64,000 nt of DNA, taken from positions 387 to 64,386 of the forward strand of contig JBFIJM010000001.1 in assembly GCA_041600715.1 (NCBI GenBank), in the 5' to 3' direction. This DNA comes from Candidatus Saccharimonadales bacterium (GTDB lineage Bacteria > Patescibacteriota > Saccharimonadia > Saccharimonadales > 2-12-FULL-41-12). The notes under the pieces were generated by a model. It was given only the letters and a program-made list of their open reading frames with translations. It made no database searches and was not told the DNA's origin. The translations under genes were made by a program, and so were the position numbers. Positions 44,926 through 53,870 of the stretch are shown in pieces. How positions within the stretch are numbered: the stretch's first letter is position 1; each line of letters starts with the position of its first letter.

Positions 44926-46146
44926 ATGAAAAACGAAGTTAACGGCGAAGAAACATCTTTAAAAGAAATTACAGAACATAGCATTTCTAAGGAGCCAGTA
45001 GGTGCGTCAAAAGACCGTATCTTAGCGGTAATATTCTTATTGGTAGGTAGTGTAAGTGCTGGTTTTGTGGGTGGATATTTTGGTGCAGAACAATCTAATA
45101 ATCCATACAATTCATCCCATAATCAAAGTCAGCAAATAATTAGCAGTGAGGCAGAACTGATCACCAAGATTGCAAACGATGTAGGTGAAAGTGTAGTATC
45201 AATCGATGTCACAGAGCGACAGACTCAGCAATCGATATTCGGAGGAAGTAGATCTATAACACAGGCTAGTGCCGGAACGGGGATTATTATTAGTGAAAAC
45301 GGCACTATACTTACTAACAGACATGTAATACCGAAAGAGGCGACCTCAGTTAGTGTTACTCTGTCTGATGGTACAATTCTTGATGATGTAGAGGTTGTAG
45401 GAAGGACAAATGATGGCGACACGCTTGATATTGCTTTTTTAAAGATTAAAGACACCAAGGGCAAAAAGCTTAAACCAGCAAAAATAGGCGACTCTGCTAG
45501 TATGCAGGTAGGAGACAAGGTGATAGCAATAGGCAATGCTCTCGGCCAATTCCAGAACACTGTAACCAGTGGAATTATATCTGGATATGGTCGCGACGTA
45601 GAAGCAGGTGACGATCAAAGCAGTGAAGCTCTTCAAAATTTATTCCAAACTGACGCGGCCATTAACCAGGGAAATTCTGGCGGTCCTTTGGTAAATATTA
45701 ACGGTGAAATTATTGGACTTAACACGGCTGTAGCTGGAGGTGAAGCCCAGAATATCGGCTTTGCTATACCTATAGATGATGTAAAAGGACTAATCAAAAG
45801 CGTACTAGATAAAGGCCAGCTACTTAGGCCGTATCTAGGGGTTAGATATGTAATGCTCACTGATGATTATGCATTTGAATACAATCTCGATATAAAACGT
45901 GGTGCTTATATAGCACCTAGCCTAAGGGGTCAGAAGTCAATCTTAGAGAACAGTCCCGCTAGCAAAGCCGGTCTTAAAGAAAAAGACATTATTATTAAGG
46001 TAAACGATCGTCCAATAGACGAAAAGAACAGCCTTATATCTGTACTAGGTAGATTTAGTGTTGGAGACAAAGTAACGTTGACTATAATGAGGGACGGCAA
46101 AGAGCAAAAAGTGGATGTTAATTTAGAGGCTGCACCACAAAATTAG
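44926..46146 (+). CDS. htrA: HtrA/DegP-family serine protease with PDZ domain
   Basis: N-terminal TM, trypsin-like TNRHV / D..DIAFLK / GNSGGPLVN triad, and a C-terminal PDZ (GLKEKDIIIKVN). Confidence 0.9.
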   Translation: MKNEVNGEETSLKEITEHSISKEPVGASKDRILAVIFLLVGSVSAGFVGGYFGAEQSNNPYNSSHNQSQQIISSEAELITKIANDVGESVVSIDVTERQTQQSIFGGSRSITQASAGTGIIISENGTILTNRHVIPKEATSVSVTLSDGTILDDVEVVGRTNDGDTLDIAFLKIKDTKGKKLKPAKIGDSASMQVGDKVIAIGNALGQFQNTVTSGIISGYGRDVEAGDDQSSEALQNLFQTDAAINQGNSGGPLVNINGEIIGLNTAVAGGEAQNIGFAIPIDDVKGLIKSVLDKGQLLRPYLGVRYVMLTDDYAFEYNLDIKRGAYIAPSLRGQKSILENSPASKAGLKEKDIIIKVNDRPIDEKNSLISVLGRFSVGDKVTLTIMRDGKEQKVDVNLEAAPQN

Positions 46147-46946
46147 ATTCGTCGATAGTGCTGTGTCAGTATTTCGGTCTTTTCTAATCTATATCCTGCT
46201 TGTTCTGCAAGGTGTTGCATTGATGTATGTTGAGACTCGAGAGATTCTGTAATAACGTGGTGAGGCTTATTACCTGTGGTGCTAATTTGCGCCCAAAAAC
46301 TTTGATATAAATTCATACCATTTTCTCCTGCGAACAAGGCTATACGGGGTTCGGCCTCAATCTCGGGACTTGTAACGAGATGATCAGGCACATAGGGTAG
46401 GTTAGCTACTACTAAGTCGGCAATCTTTTTATCTAACAGACCTTCTAGTAAAAAGGTTTCATGCAGATCAATACTGACAGAATGCTTGTAGGCATTGGCT
46501 CTGGCTACTTCTAGAGCATCATGACTGACGTCTGTGGCTGTCACATGACAGCTTGGTAGCTCCAGAGCACAGCTGATTGCCAAACAGCCACTACCTGTAC
46601 CTACATCAATAATTGTTTGTGGATTAATCTGTTTAACAAAATCGATAATATTCTCGGATTCTGGCCTAGGTATGAGTACGTGTGGATTGACTATAAAAAA
46701 CCGCCCATAAAACCAAGCTTTCCCGCGGATATATGCCAGTGGTTCTCTCTTAACACGACGCTGTACGAGTTCATCCAAATGGCTTAGTTCATCATGGGTT
46801 AATATATGATCGTGATGGGCAAGCACCCAGGGGCGGTCTTTTTTTATTAAATCTTCCAGCAATACAAGAGCGTCACGTCGTGGCGAATCAACTCCAGCAG
46901 AGCCAAGCTCCTGCATTACCTTAAATAACCAAGTTGAAATAGTCAT
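46143..46946 (-). CDS. prmC: Release-factor glutamine N5-methyltransferase PrmC/HemK
   Basis: DVGTGSGCLAI SAM motif and VANLPYV (an NPPY variant). Immediately downstream of prfA. Confidence 0.85.
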   Translation of the reverse strand: MTISTWLFKVMQELGSAGVDSPRRDALVLLEDLIKKDRPWVLAHHDHILTHDELSHLDELVQRRVKREPLAYIRGKAWFYGRFFIVNPHVLIPRPESENIIDFVKQINPQTIIDVGTGSGCLAISCALELPSCHVTATDVSHDALEVARANAYKHSVSIDLHETFLLEGLLDKKIADLVVANLPYVPDHLVTSPEIEAEPRIALFAGENGMNLYQSFWAQISTTGNKPHHVITESLESQHTSMQHLAEQAGYRLEKTEILTQHYRRI

Positions 46947-46971
46947 TATAAAGCTCAGAATACCAGAAATA

Positions 46972-48024
46972 TTATTCTTTGCTAATCAATTCTCTTTCAT
47001 AAGCGTGGAGTTGTTCTATTAGATCATCTATGTCACCAGCCAGCGCACCTGGTATATTACTGCGAGAATATCCAATACGATGATCTGTTATGCGGTCCTG
47101 AGGAAAATTATATGTACGAATTTTTTCTGATCGATCTCCACTCCCAATCAGTTTTTTGCGTGCATCAGAAAGTTCCTTGGCTTCTGTGTCAATCTTGTGC
47201 TGAAGTAGCCGTGAACGGAGTACGCTCATGGCCTTCTCTTTATTTTTTATTTGAGACTTTTCGTCTTGATTAGATACGACCAATCCTGATGGTAAGTGGG
47301 TAATACGAACAGCTGAATCAGTAGTGTTAACGCTTTGACCGCCATGTCCACCTGCTCGGTAAACATCAATCCTTAAATCCTGCGCACGAATTTCTATGTC
47401 TGTTTCTTCTGCTTCTGGCATGACTGCAACTGTTGCTGTAGAGGTGTGAACGCGACCCTGGCTCTCTGTAACTGGGACACGTTGAACACGGTGCACACCA
47501 GCTTCGAACTTGAGGTACTTGTAGGCTTCATCGCCACGAACTGCGAAACTTACTTCCTTAAATCCGCCACTGTCGTTAGCACTCTCGCCAAAATGTTCTA
47601 CCTTGTAGTTATGGTTCTCTGCCCAACGCACGTACATCCGATATAGCTCACCTGCGAATAAGCTAGACTCATCACCACCCGCTGCAGCGCGAATTTCGAC
47701 GATGACATCGCGATCGTTATTTGGGTCTTTAGGGGTTAGCAACTCTTCGAGTAGTTCAGTTGTATGAGCTTTTTTTGTTTCTAGGGCAGGGAGTTCAAGT
47801 TCAGCGAGCTCGGCCAGCTCGCCTCCACCACCAATCATTTCTTTAGAAGCATCTAGCTCGCTGTTGAGTCTATGTAGTTCATTAAAAAGGACTAGCGTAT
47901 CTTCTAGCTGTTTCTGACGCTTGGCAAGTTTTGGATATTTAGGATCAGAATAAATAGAGGGATCTTCTAATTGTTTCTGTAGCTTTTCATGCTCATCCCG
48001 TAAGGCCTTCTCTTTTTCTTGCAT
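46972..48024 (-). CDS. prfA: Peptide chain release factor 1
   Basis: GGQSVN (GGQ) and the PVT tripeptide in [14 protein letters not shown]. The ATG lies 6 nt after TGgTATACT on the minus strand. Confidence 0.93.
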   Translation of the reverse strand: MQEKEKALRDEHEKLQKQLEDPSIYSDPKYPKLAKRQKQLEDTLVLFNELHRLNSELDASKEMIGGGGELAELAELELPALETKKAHTTELLEELLTPKDPNNDRDVIVEIRAAAGGDESSLFAGELYRMYVRWAENHNYKVEHFGESANDSGGFKEVSFAVRGDEAYKYLKFEAGVHRVQRVPVTESQGRVHTSTATVAVMPEAEETDIEIRAQDLRIDVYRAGGHGGQSVNTTDSAVRITHLPSGLVVSNQDEKSQIKNKEKAMSVLRSRLLQHKIDTEAKELSDARKKLIGSGDRSEKIRTYNFPQDRITDHRIGYSRSNIPGALAGDIDDLIEQLHAYERELISKE

Positions 48025-48117
48025 GATATCAGTATACCACCTCTGTTATGGAATGTCAGATTAACCATAAAATTGAACTGAAGGCGCTTGCTTAAATAAT
48101 TGTGATAACATGTGAAT

Positions 48118-49308
48118 ATGAGAAGGAGACAACAGATAGGCGTAGCTCATGAGACTGCATTGCAAGAACAACTTGCACCGTTTCACGAAGCAATGAAACA
48201 AAAGCATGAACGTCCTGATGGAGATGATGTTCGTATTAGGGCTTTTGCCGAGGGTGTTGGAGCGCTTATTAAGGAAGACAGACACATTGCTCAGTCGATT
48301 GTTGAGTATACAGGAATACGTCACAGGCTATCTCCCAATGTTCAGGTTAACTTACTGTTAAGAGCTCTATCTAAGCAATTTCTAAAAGATCCAGAAGGTT
48401 ATGGCGGGTATCCAGAAAAATATGACGATCCTAGAATGTGGTACAAGGGTGCCAATCGTGTAATGTACGAAAATAAAAATTCGATATCAACCGATAACTT
48501 CTACTTTGATTTATGGGCGCGTAACATTCAGAGTAACAAGTCAGAGCGATATAAAGTCTTGCCCTTGTTGAACGAAATCTATGCCGACCGATTCGCTGAT
48601 AGAAAAGTAAGTATTCTTGATGTTGGCGCAAGCCAGAACCAAGGGCTTAAACAGCTTAGGCAGTCGCAGAAGTTCCCTTTTAGCAGAGTGCGAACATATA
48701 CCGATACTGAATATAAGACCGATCCGCAAAAAAAGGTAATATGCGAAATAGTTAACAATGCAATATCAAAGGGTATAAATTTAGGAATGACGGTTGGTTC
48801 TGATATTGTTCCACCAAATGACCCTGAGGTTATAGAATGGACTAAAAGCTGTTCATTCTATCCTTCTGAGTTAATGGACAAAGAAAAAACTTCACGTTAT
48901 GATGCGCTTTCACGCGATGTTGAGGATGTAGATTTTGTATGTGCAGATGCAACCGAACCAGATCGGTTGCGCAGTGTTATTGATAAGGACAAATTTACGA
49001 TTACCTTTATATGTACAATGCTATATATGCTGGATAATAACCAGCGCAAAGAGGTAATTAAGGCAGGTGATAACTGCACAGAAGAAGATGGACTTGTAGT
49101 AGTGCAAGATTTTGCTCGCCCTGATCCCGAAGACCCAAGTAAGCTAATGTTTTATGATACTTGGACGCCGTGGCGATACAACACGATGATTTTAGATAAA
49201 ACAAAACCTGACCTGGGGTTCCAAGAAATAATCAACTGGAAAAATGGCCGTTGTGATGAATTGATGATCAAATTAGGTTCAAAAGCTACAGAGCTATTCT
49301 TTCGCTAG
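48118..49308 (+). CDS. Hypothetical protein, possibly Rossmann-fold SAM-methyltransferase-like
   Basis: VSILDVGASQNQG resembles motif I and VDFVCADATEP resembles an acidic loop; the resemblance is weak. The start may be ATG 48118 or GTG 48112. Confidence 0.35.
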   Translation: MRRRQQIGVAHETALQEQLAPFHEAMKQKHERPDGDDVRIRAFAEGVGALIKEDRHIAQSIVEYTGIRHRLSPNVQVNLLLRALSKQFLKDPEGYGGYPEKYDDPRMWYKGANRVMYENKNSISTDNFYFDLWARNIQSNKSERYKVLPLLNEIYADRFADRKVSILDVGASQNQGLKQLRQSQKFPFSRVRTYTDTEYKTDPQKKVICEIVNNAISKGINLGMTVGSDIVPPNDPEVIEWTKSCSFYPSELMDKEKTSRYDALSRDVEDVDFVCADATEPDRLRSVIDKDKFTITFICTMLYMLDNNQRKEVIKAGDNCTEEDGLVVVQDFARPDPEDPSKLMFYDTWTPWRYNTMILDKTKPDLGFQEIINWKNGRCDELMIKLGSKATELFFR

Positions 49309-49854
49309 CTAACTGATAGTTTTAGAGACCACTTCTGTGTATTTTTCCATGAACTTGTTATGGCTTGAGCCAACAGATTGTTTTGGTTGATAGTAGCTAA
49401 ATATAAGTGCTCCGGTGAGTTTATTATTTTTCCATGGGAAAACATAACTGCAGTCTATTCCTGCGCCCTTCTGATTGGTTCTTGCTTGTTGGTCAGCAAG
49501 AACTGGCGTAAATAATGTAGCCCAATCCTCCGTAGACTGAGTATCACCAGACTTAATGGCCTCCGCGATTGAATTGTCTTTTGCGTCGACGGGAATTTGA
49601 ATTTTATCAAAAGGAACCACTGATGCCATTAAAGCGCCTTTTGCTGAGTCGGTCTCCGAAAGCGCAATCCGATCAATGGTTTTATTTCTTTTGATAAGTA
49701 GTACTACTACGCCAAGGTCCAGCATAGTGGCAGCGAGGTTAAATTTAAAGGGAGCGTTTACAATTGTTTTGTAACGTGAAGATTTGGTTTTCTCAGACAA
49801 AATCATCTGCTCAAGAACTGTGTAGTCAAAATCAGGCAGATTAGAGTATGGCAT
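49309..49854 (-). CDS. Hypothetical protein
   Basis: 181-aa ORF convergent with, and abutting, the previous gene (stops form TAGCTA). No motif recognised. Confidence 0.5.
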   Translation of the reverse strand: MPYSNLPDFDYTVLEQMILSEKTKSSRYKTIVNAPFKFNLAATMLDLGVVVLLIKRNKTIDRIALSETDSAKGALMASVVPFDKIQIPVDAKDNSIAEAIKSGDTQSTEDWATLFTPVLADQQARTNQKGAGIDCSYVFPWKNNKLTGALIFSYYQPKQSVGSSHNKFMEKYTEVVSKTIS

Positions 49855-49902
49855 TAGCGTATATTACCAATTAATATCTCGGTAATAAATACCAATCTTA
49901 TT

Positions 49903-50229
49903 TTATTTGCCAAGTTTCTGGGATTCTGCTTTTCGAAGCTTATCAGCTTTTTTACCGGAGGCTTGCTTTGCTTCTCGCGCCTTTGCAGCCGCTTCTGATC
50001 GAGCCTTAAACTTATCTACTCGTCCCTCAATATCAACTAACTTTTCCTGACCAGTAAAGAACGGATGAGACGCGCTACTAATATGAACCTTCACGAGAGG
50101 GTAGTCAACACCATCAAGCTTAATAGTTTCTTCTGCTTTAACAGTAGATTTAGTTAAAAACGTACTATTATTGCTGAGGTCTTGGAACACTACGTGGCGG
50201 TAGTTGCTCGGATGGATATCTTTTTTCAT
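49903..50229 (-). CDS. rpmE: 50S ribosomal protein L31, type B (no zinc-binding cysteines) with K/A-rich C-terminal tail
   Basis: [29 protein letters not shown]...HPFFTG. The CxxC motifs are absent. Confidence 0.88.
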   Translation of the reverse strand: MKKDIHPSNYRHVVFQDLSNNSTFLTKSTVKAEETIKLDGVDYPLVKVHISSASHPFFTGQEKLVDIEGRVDKFKARSEAAAKAREAKQASGKKADKLRKAESQKLGK

Positions 50230-50325
50230 TATTATCTCCAGCTTATTATTTATCCGGTCGGTTAGCAGAATAAGCCACTGTCTGCAGTCGAAATTACCCG
50301 GCTTTATGATTATCTTCTTTGCACG

Positions 50326-50375
50326 ATTATAACTTAGAAAGAGCTATTGATCAATAGTCTGTAATCTGTTACACT
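50326..50375. promoter_or_regulatory. Back-to-back divergent promoters (rpmE and rpsB) sharing a palindromic -35
   Basis: The perfect palindrome CTATTGATCAATAG (50344-50357) reads TTGATC on both strands. 17 nt away on the plus strand is TACACT (50370-50375). 17 nt away on the minus strand is TATAAT (complement of 50326-50331). Confidence 0.45.
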
Positions 50376-50479
50376 AATCTCACTAACAACTAAGCAATCT
50401 TTAGATCCATTCCTCCAATGAGGTTTCCGTGCAGGAACTCGGCGGTACTAAAGACGAAGAACAAGGAAAGAAGGAAATT

Positions 50480-51211
50480 ATGGCATCAGTAGATGTTGAT
50501 ATTAAAAAATTACTAGAAGCTGGGTCGCATTTTGGGCACAAATCAAGTCGTTGGCACCCTAAGATGGCACAGTACATACATAGTAAGCGGGCAGGTAGCC
50601 ACGTTATTGATCTAACAAAAACTGTAGAGAATCTTGAAACAGCGCTTAGTTTCTTAGATAAGACCGCCAGTAGTGGCAAACAAGTTTTACTTGTTGGTAC
50701 AAAAAGACAGAGCAAAGATATTATAAAAAAAGCAGCTGATGATACTGGCATGCCATATGTTGTAGAGCGCTGGATCGGCGGTATGCTAACAAATACCACG
50801 ACAATAAATGGTCGTATCAAGCACTTAAAAGATCTTGAGGTCCGAATGGATAGTGGCGCTCTAGAAGTAAAATATAATAAGCTAGAGGTGCAACGTTTTC
50901 AGGAAGAAATTGACCACATGAACCACCAGTACGGTGGAATTAAGCATATGGCTAATCGCCCTGGGGCATTGTTTGTGGCTGACGTAAATAACGAAATGAA
51001 TGCCATTAAAGAAGCGCGTAAACTTAATATCCCAATAGTCGCTATTGTAGACACAAATGCCGATCCGAGCCTAGTCGACTACCCGATTCCTGCTAACGAT
51101 GATGCTATCAAATCTGTTCAGTTGATTACGGATTACGTGGTTTCTGCAATAAATGCGGGCAAATCCAAGATAAAGTCATCTGACAAAGACGAAACAGAAA
51201 AGAAGGACTAG
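50480..51211 (+). CDS. rpsB: 30S ribosomal protein S2
   Basis: LLEAGSHFGH...RWHPKM, VLLVGTKRQ and the D.N.DP....YPIP.NDD patterns. The ATG at 50480 follows AAGGAAAGAAGGA. Confidence 0.93.
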   Translation: MASVDVDIKKLLEAGSHFGHKSSRWHPKMAQYIHSKRAGSHVIDLTKTVENLETALSFLDKTASSGKQVLLVGTKRQSKDIIKKAADDTGMPYVVERWIGGMLTNTTTINGRIKHLKDLEVRMDSGALEVKYNKLEVQRFQEEIDHMNHQYGGIKHMANRPGALFVADVNNEMNAIKEARKLNIPIVAIVDTNADPSLVDYPIPANDDAIKSVQLITDYVVSAINAGKSKIKSSDKDETEKKD

Positions 51212-51322
51212 AAAGTGACATGTAGCGCTTGATTAGCACTACTAACAACGAGAGTGCGAGATAAATCGCACACAGCTATTCTTGATCGTAGCGAACGGAC
51301 AACTAAAATTAAGGAGAATATT

Positions 51323-51913
51323 ATGGACATTGAATCAATAAAGCGACTTCGTGAACTCACAGGTGTGGGAATCACAGATGCTAAGAAAGCGCTTGTAGAC
51401 GCTAATGGTGATTTTGATGTTGCACTTTCAGAAATGCGTAAGAAAGGCATGACCAAAGCAGAGAAACGAGGCGAAAAAGAAGCGCGGGAAGGTGTTATTG
51501 GTACCTATAGCCATGACGGGCGTATCGGCGTGTTGGTAGAAGTTAACTGTGAGACTGACTTTGTTGCTCGTGGAGAGATTTTTGCGGAACTAGTGAAAGA
51601 CTTAACAATGCATATCGCTGCTATTTCACCGCTTTATGTCAGTGCAGACCAAGTGCCAGCTGAAGAACGCGATAAAGTACGTGCAGAATTTTTAGACAAG
51701 GCGAAGGGCGAAGGGAAGCCGGAAAACATGATTGAACAAATTGTTGAAGGGATGCTAAAAAAGTATTTTGCTGAGCGTTGTCTTATGGATCAGCCTTTTG
51801 TTAAAAATCCGGATATTACTGTCGCACAGCATGTAAAAGAGAATGCAGCTCGAATGAATGAGAACGTTGTCGTTAGACGTTTTAGCCGTTTAGCACTAGG
51901 AGAAGTAGAATAA
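51323..51913 (+). CDS. tsf: Elongation factor Ts (short form)
   Basis: IKRLRELTGVGITDAKKAL (UBA-like) and VEVNCETDFVAR. The ATG at 51323 follows AAGGAG. Confidence 0.92.
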   Translation: MDIESIKRLRELTGVGITDAKKALVDANGDFDVALSEMRKKGMTKAEKRGEKEAREGVIGTYSHDGRIGVLVEVNCETDFVARGEIFAELVKDLTMHIAAISPLYVSADQVPAEERDKVRAEFLDKAKGEGKPENMIEQIVEGMLKKYFAERCLMDQPFVKNPDITVAQHVKENAARMNENVVVRRFSRLALGEVE

Positions 51914-51916
51914 TAC

Positions 51917-51946
51917 TTGACAGAACAGCATAAACTGTAGTATAAT
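51917..51946 (+). promoter_or_regulatory. Promoter giving a leaderless transcript for the 51953 gene
   Basis: TTGACA (51917-51922), 18-nt spacer, TATAAT (51941-51946). The ATG begins 7 nt after the hexamer. Confidence 0.65.
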
Positions 51947-51952
51947 AGTAAG

Positions 51953-52372
51953 ATGTCAAAAGAGCATTTACAGCTTATTGAAGGTGGCGGTACAACTAGT
52001 CCCGTAACACCTATTGAAGAAGTTGAGAGAATACTAACAACCCACTCAGAGATTGCTAGACGAAGTCTAAATGATGCGTTTGAAGAAGTAGGCCATGCGC
52101 ATAAGGGCTACAAAGATGGTCATTTGGACTGCGAAGAAGCCAGAGACATTATGGAGCGTAATGCCCGATACTTTAAGAGAAACGCAGGTCTTGCTAAAGT
52201 TGCCGGATTAACTTCTGATAATTTGTATAATTCAGGAGGAGTGATATATATTCACCCAACAGTAGCTAAGGAATATGATCGACAAAACGAACAGCTTAAA
52301 AAAGAGCCTCAGAAAGTACATAGGTCGCTGTTTTCTACTGCCTTAAATTTAGTAATGCGCCGTGAACGATAA
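51953..52372 (+). CDS. Hypothetical protein (occupies the position where pyrH usually sits)
   Basis: 139-aa ORF with a strong dedicated promoter. No kinase motifs. Confidence 0.55.
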   Translation: MSKEHLQLIEGGGTTSPVTPIEEVERILTTHSEIARRSLNDAFEEVGHAHKGYKDGHLDCEEARDIMERNARYFKRNAGLAKVAGLTSDNLYNSGGVIYIHPTVAKEYDRQNEQLKKEPQKVHRSLFSTALNLVMRRER

Positions 52373-52586
52373 AGAACCTATCGACATCGCTAAGGAGGCT
52401 TACCAGACACTCGATAGTCATTACAGATCATTGCCACTAGACCAAATACCAGCGGATGACTTCTCAAGCATGATGGACGCACTTAATCATCGAATTCATA
52501 CTCATGACGAAGGTGATATTAATAAATCTTCTGGAATCAAAGATAGGGTTTCGAATTTTTTGGGACGAGTTGTTAGTAGACCATAA
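52362..52586 (+). CDS. Hypothetical small protein
   Basis: 74-aa ORF with a GTG start overlapping the previous stop by 11 nt. Confidence 0.4.
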   Translation: MNDKEPIDIAKEAYQTLDSHYRSLPLDQIPADDFSSMMDALNHRIHTHDEGDINKSSGIKDRVSNFLGRVVSRP

Positions 52587-52601
52587 GGTATACTTAATTA
52601 C

Positions 52602-53165
52602 ATGAATCCACAACAACTTATATCGCAAACTGATACAAAACTTAAGTCAGCCGTCGAGCACTTTGAGGGAGAGCTAAAAAAGCTTCGCACAGGTCGTGCC
52701 CACCCGAATATGCTGGAAGGGGTTATAGTCGAGGCTTACGGTACGCCAATGCCACTTAACCAGCTGGCTACCATTACAACTCCTGAAGCTCAGCTTATAC
52801 AAATATCTCCCTTTGACCCAAGCAATCTACAGGCGATAGCCAATGCTATACGTGATAACCACAGTCTAGGAATGAACCCTATGGACGATGGAAATGTAGT
52901 TAGAGTTCCTATACCTCCACTCACAGAAGAGAGACGACGGCAAATAGTAAAACAACTTAGTGAAAAAATTGAAGATTGTATGATTGTACAGCGTGGTATA
53001 CGCCGAGATGTGATAACGGAATTTGATTCAGCTAAAAAAGACAAGGACATTGGCGAAGACGAGCATAAGCGTCTAGTTAAACAAGTCGATGATCTTATGA
53101 CGCAATACAAAAACAAAGTCGATATTATAGCAAAAGCCAAAGAAACCGAAATTATGACCGTGTAA
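52602..53165 (+). CDS. frr: Ribosome recycling factor
   Basis: L.K.RTGRA.P..L..V.V.AYG...PL.Q.A.I, and the ..IPPLTEERRR...K pattern. Confidence 0.95.
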   Translation: MNPQQLISQTDTKLKSAVEHFEGELKKLRTGRAHPNMLEGVIVEAYGTPMPLNQLATITTPEAQLIQISPFDPSNLQAIANAIRDNHSLGMNPMDDGNVVRVPIPPLTEERRRQIVKQLSEKIEDCMIVQRGIRRDVITEFDSAKKDKDIGEDEHKRLVKQVDDLMTQYKNKVDIIAKAKETEIMTV

Positions 53166-53214
53166 TTTTGTTATTGACGTTAAGTGCCTGAGTTATGCAT
53201 AATGCTACATAAGT

Positions 53215-53787
53215 ATGAAGGGTATGCACGGCAATCAATTGCTTGTAGTAGAGGCAAACACCCAATCAGATTTTTCTGATCCTCTCATTCTGTTTAGAGA
53301 CCATCTTGAGAGTGCAGATACGCCATATGAAGGCGCCGTTAGCTATAGTCAAGTTGCGATCGATGGCCTGAACAGAGCGAGACACTCTGGTGAATTTGAT
53401 TCCGCGATGGCTTGTGTTCTTAATCCAGAAATTGCCACTCAGATACACAGAATAGACGATGATTATAGACCTGAAAAAATGCCTCGGATTATCGGACAAG
53501 ACCTCGGTAATCGGATTGCTAGAGAAGTACTAAATTTTGCAGATAATGTACCTTCAGATCCACGGGGGGGCTTGGAGAGTTGGGCCAAGCGTCGAAAAGA
53601 GTTTGTGAATGGTTCAAAAATCAGAGAGTTTGATATGAAGATTTTCCACAGTTCAATGAAAGTTATTTTTAGAAATGAACTTCTTGTTATCAAGCAGTCA
53701 GGTGCTGATATATTATCGCCGAGAGCACGTGTTGCAACTGATGCGGTGAGCGTGCTTAACATGGGGAAGTTTATTAAACGTTCATAG
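53215..53787 (+). CDS. Hypothetical protein (occupies the uppS/cdsA/dxr position)
   Basis: 190-aa ORF. Upstream are TTGACG (53174-53179), an 18-nt spacer and CATAAT (53198-53203). Confidence 0.5.
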   Translation: MKGMHGNQLLVVEANTQSDFSDPLILFRDHLESADTPYEGAVSYSQVAIDGLNRARHSGEFDSAMACVLNPEIATQIHRIDDDYRPEKMPRIIGQDLGNRIAREVLNFADNVPSDPRGGLESWAKRRKEFVNGSKIREFDMKIFHSSMKVIFRNELLVIKQSGADILSPRARVATDAVSVLNMGKFIKRS

Positions 53788-53870
53788 ATTCTTGGATAGA
53801 AGTGTTAATAACGCCAGAACATGAAATAATGCGAATGCAATGATCCCTGTTGTGGTAAAATAAGGTTCGA

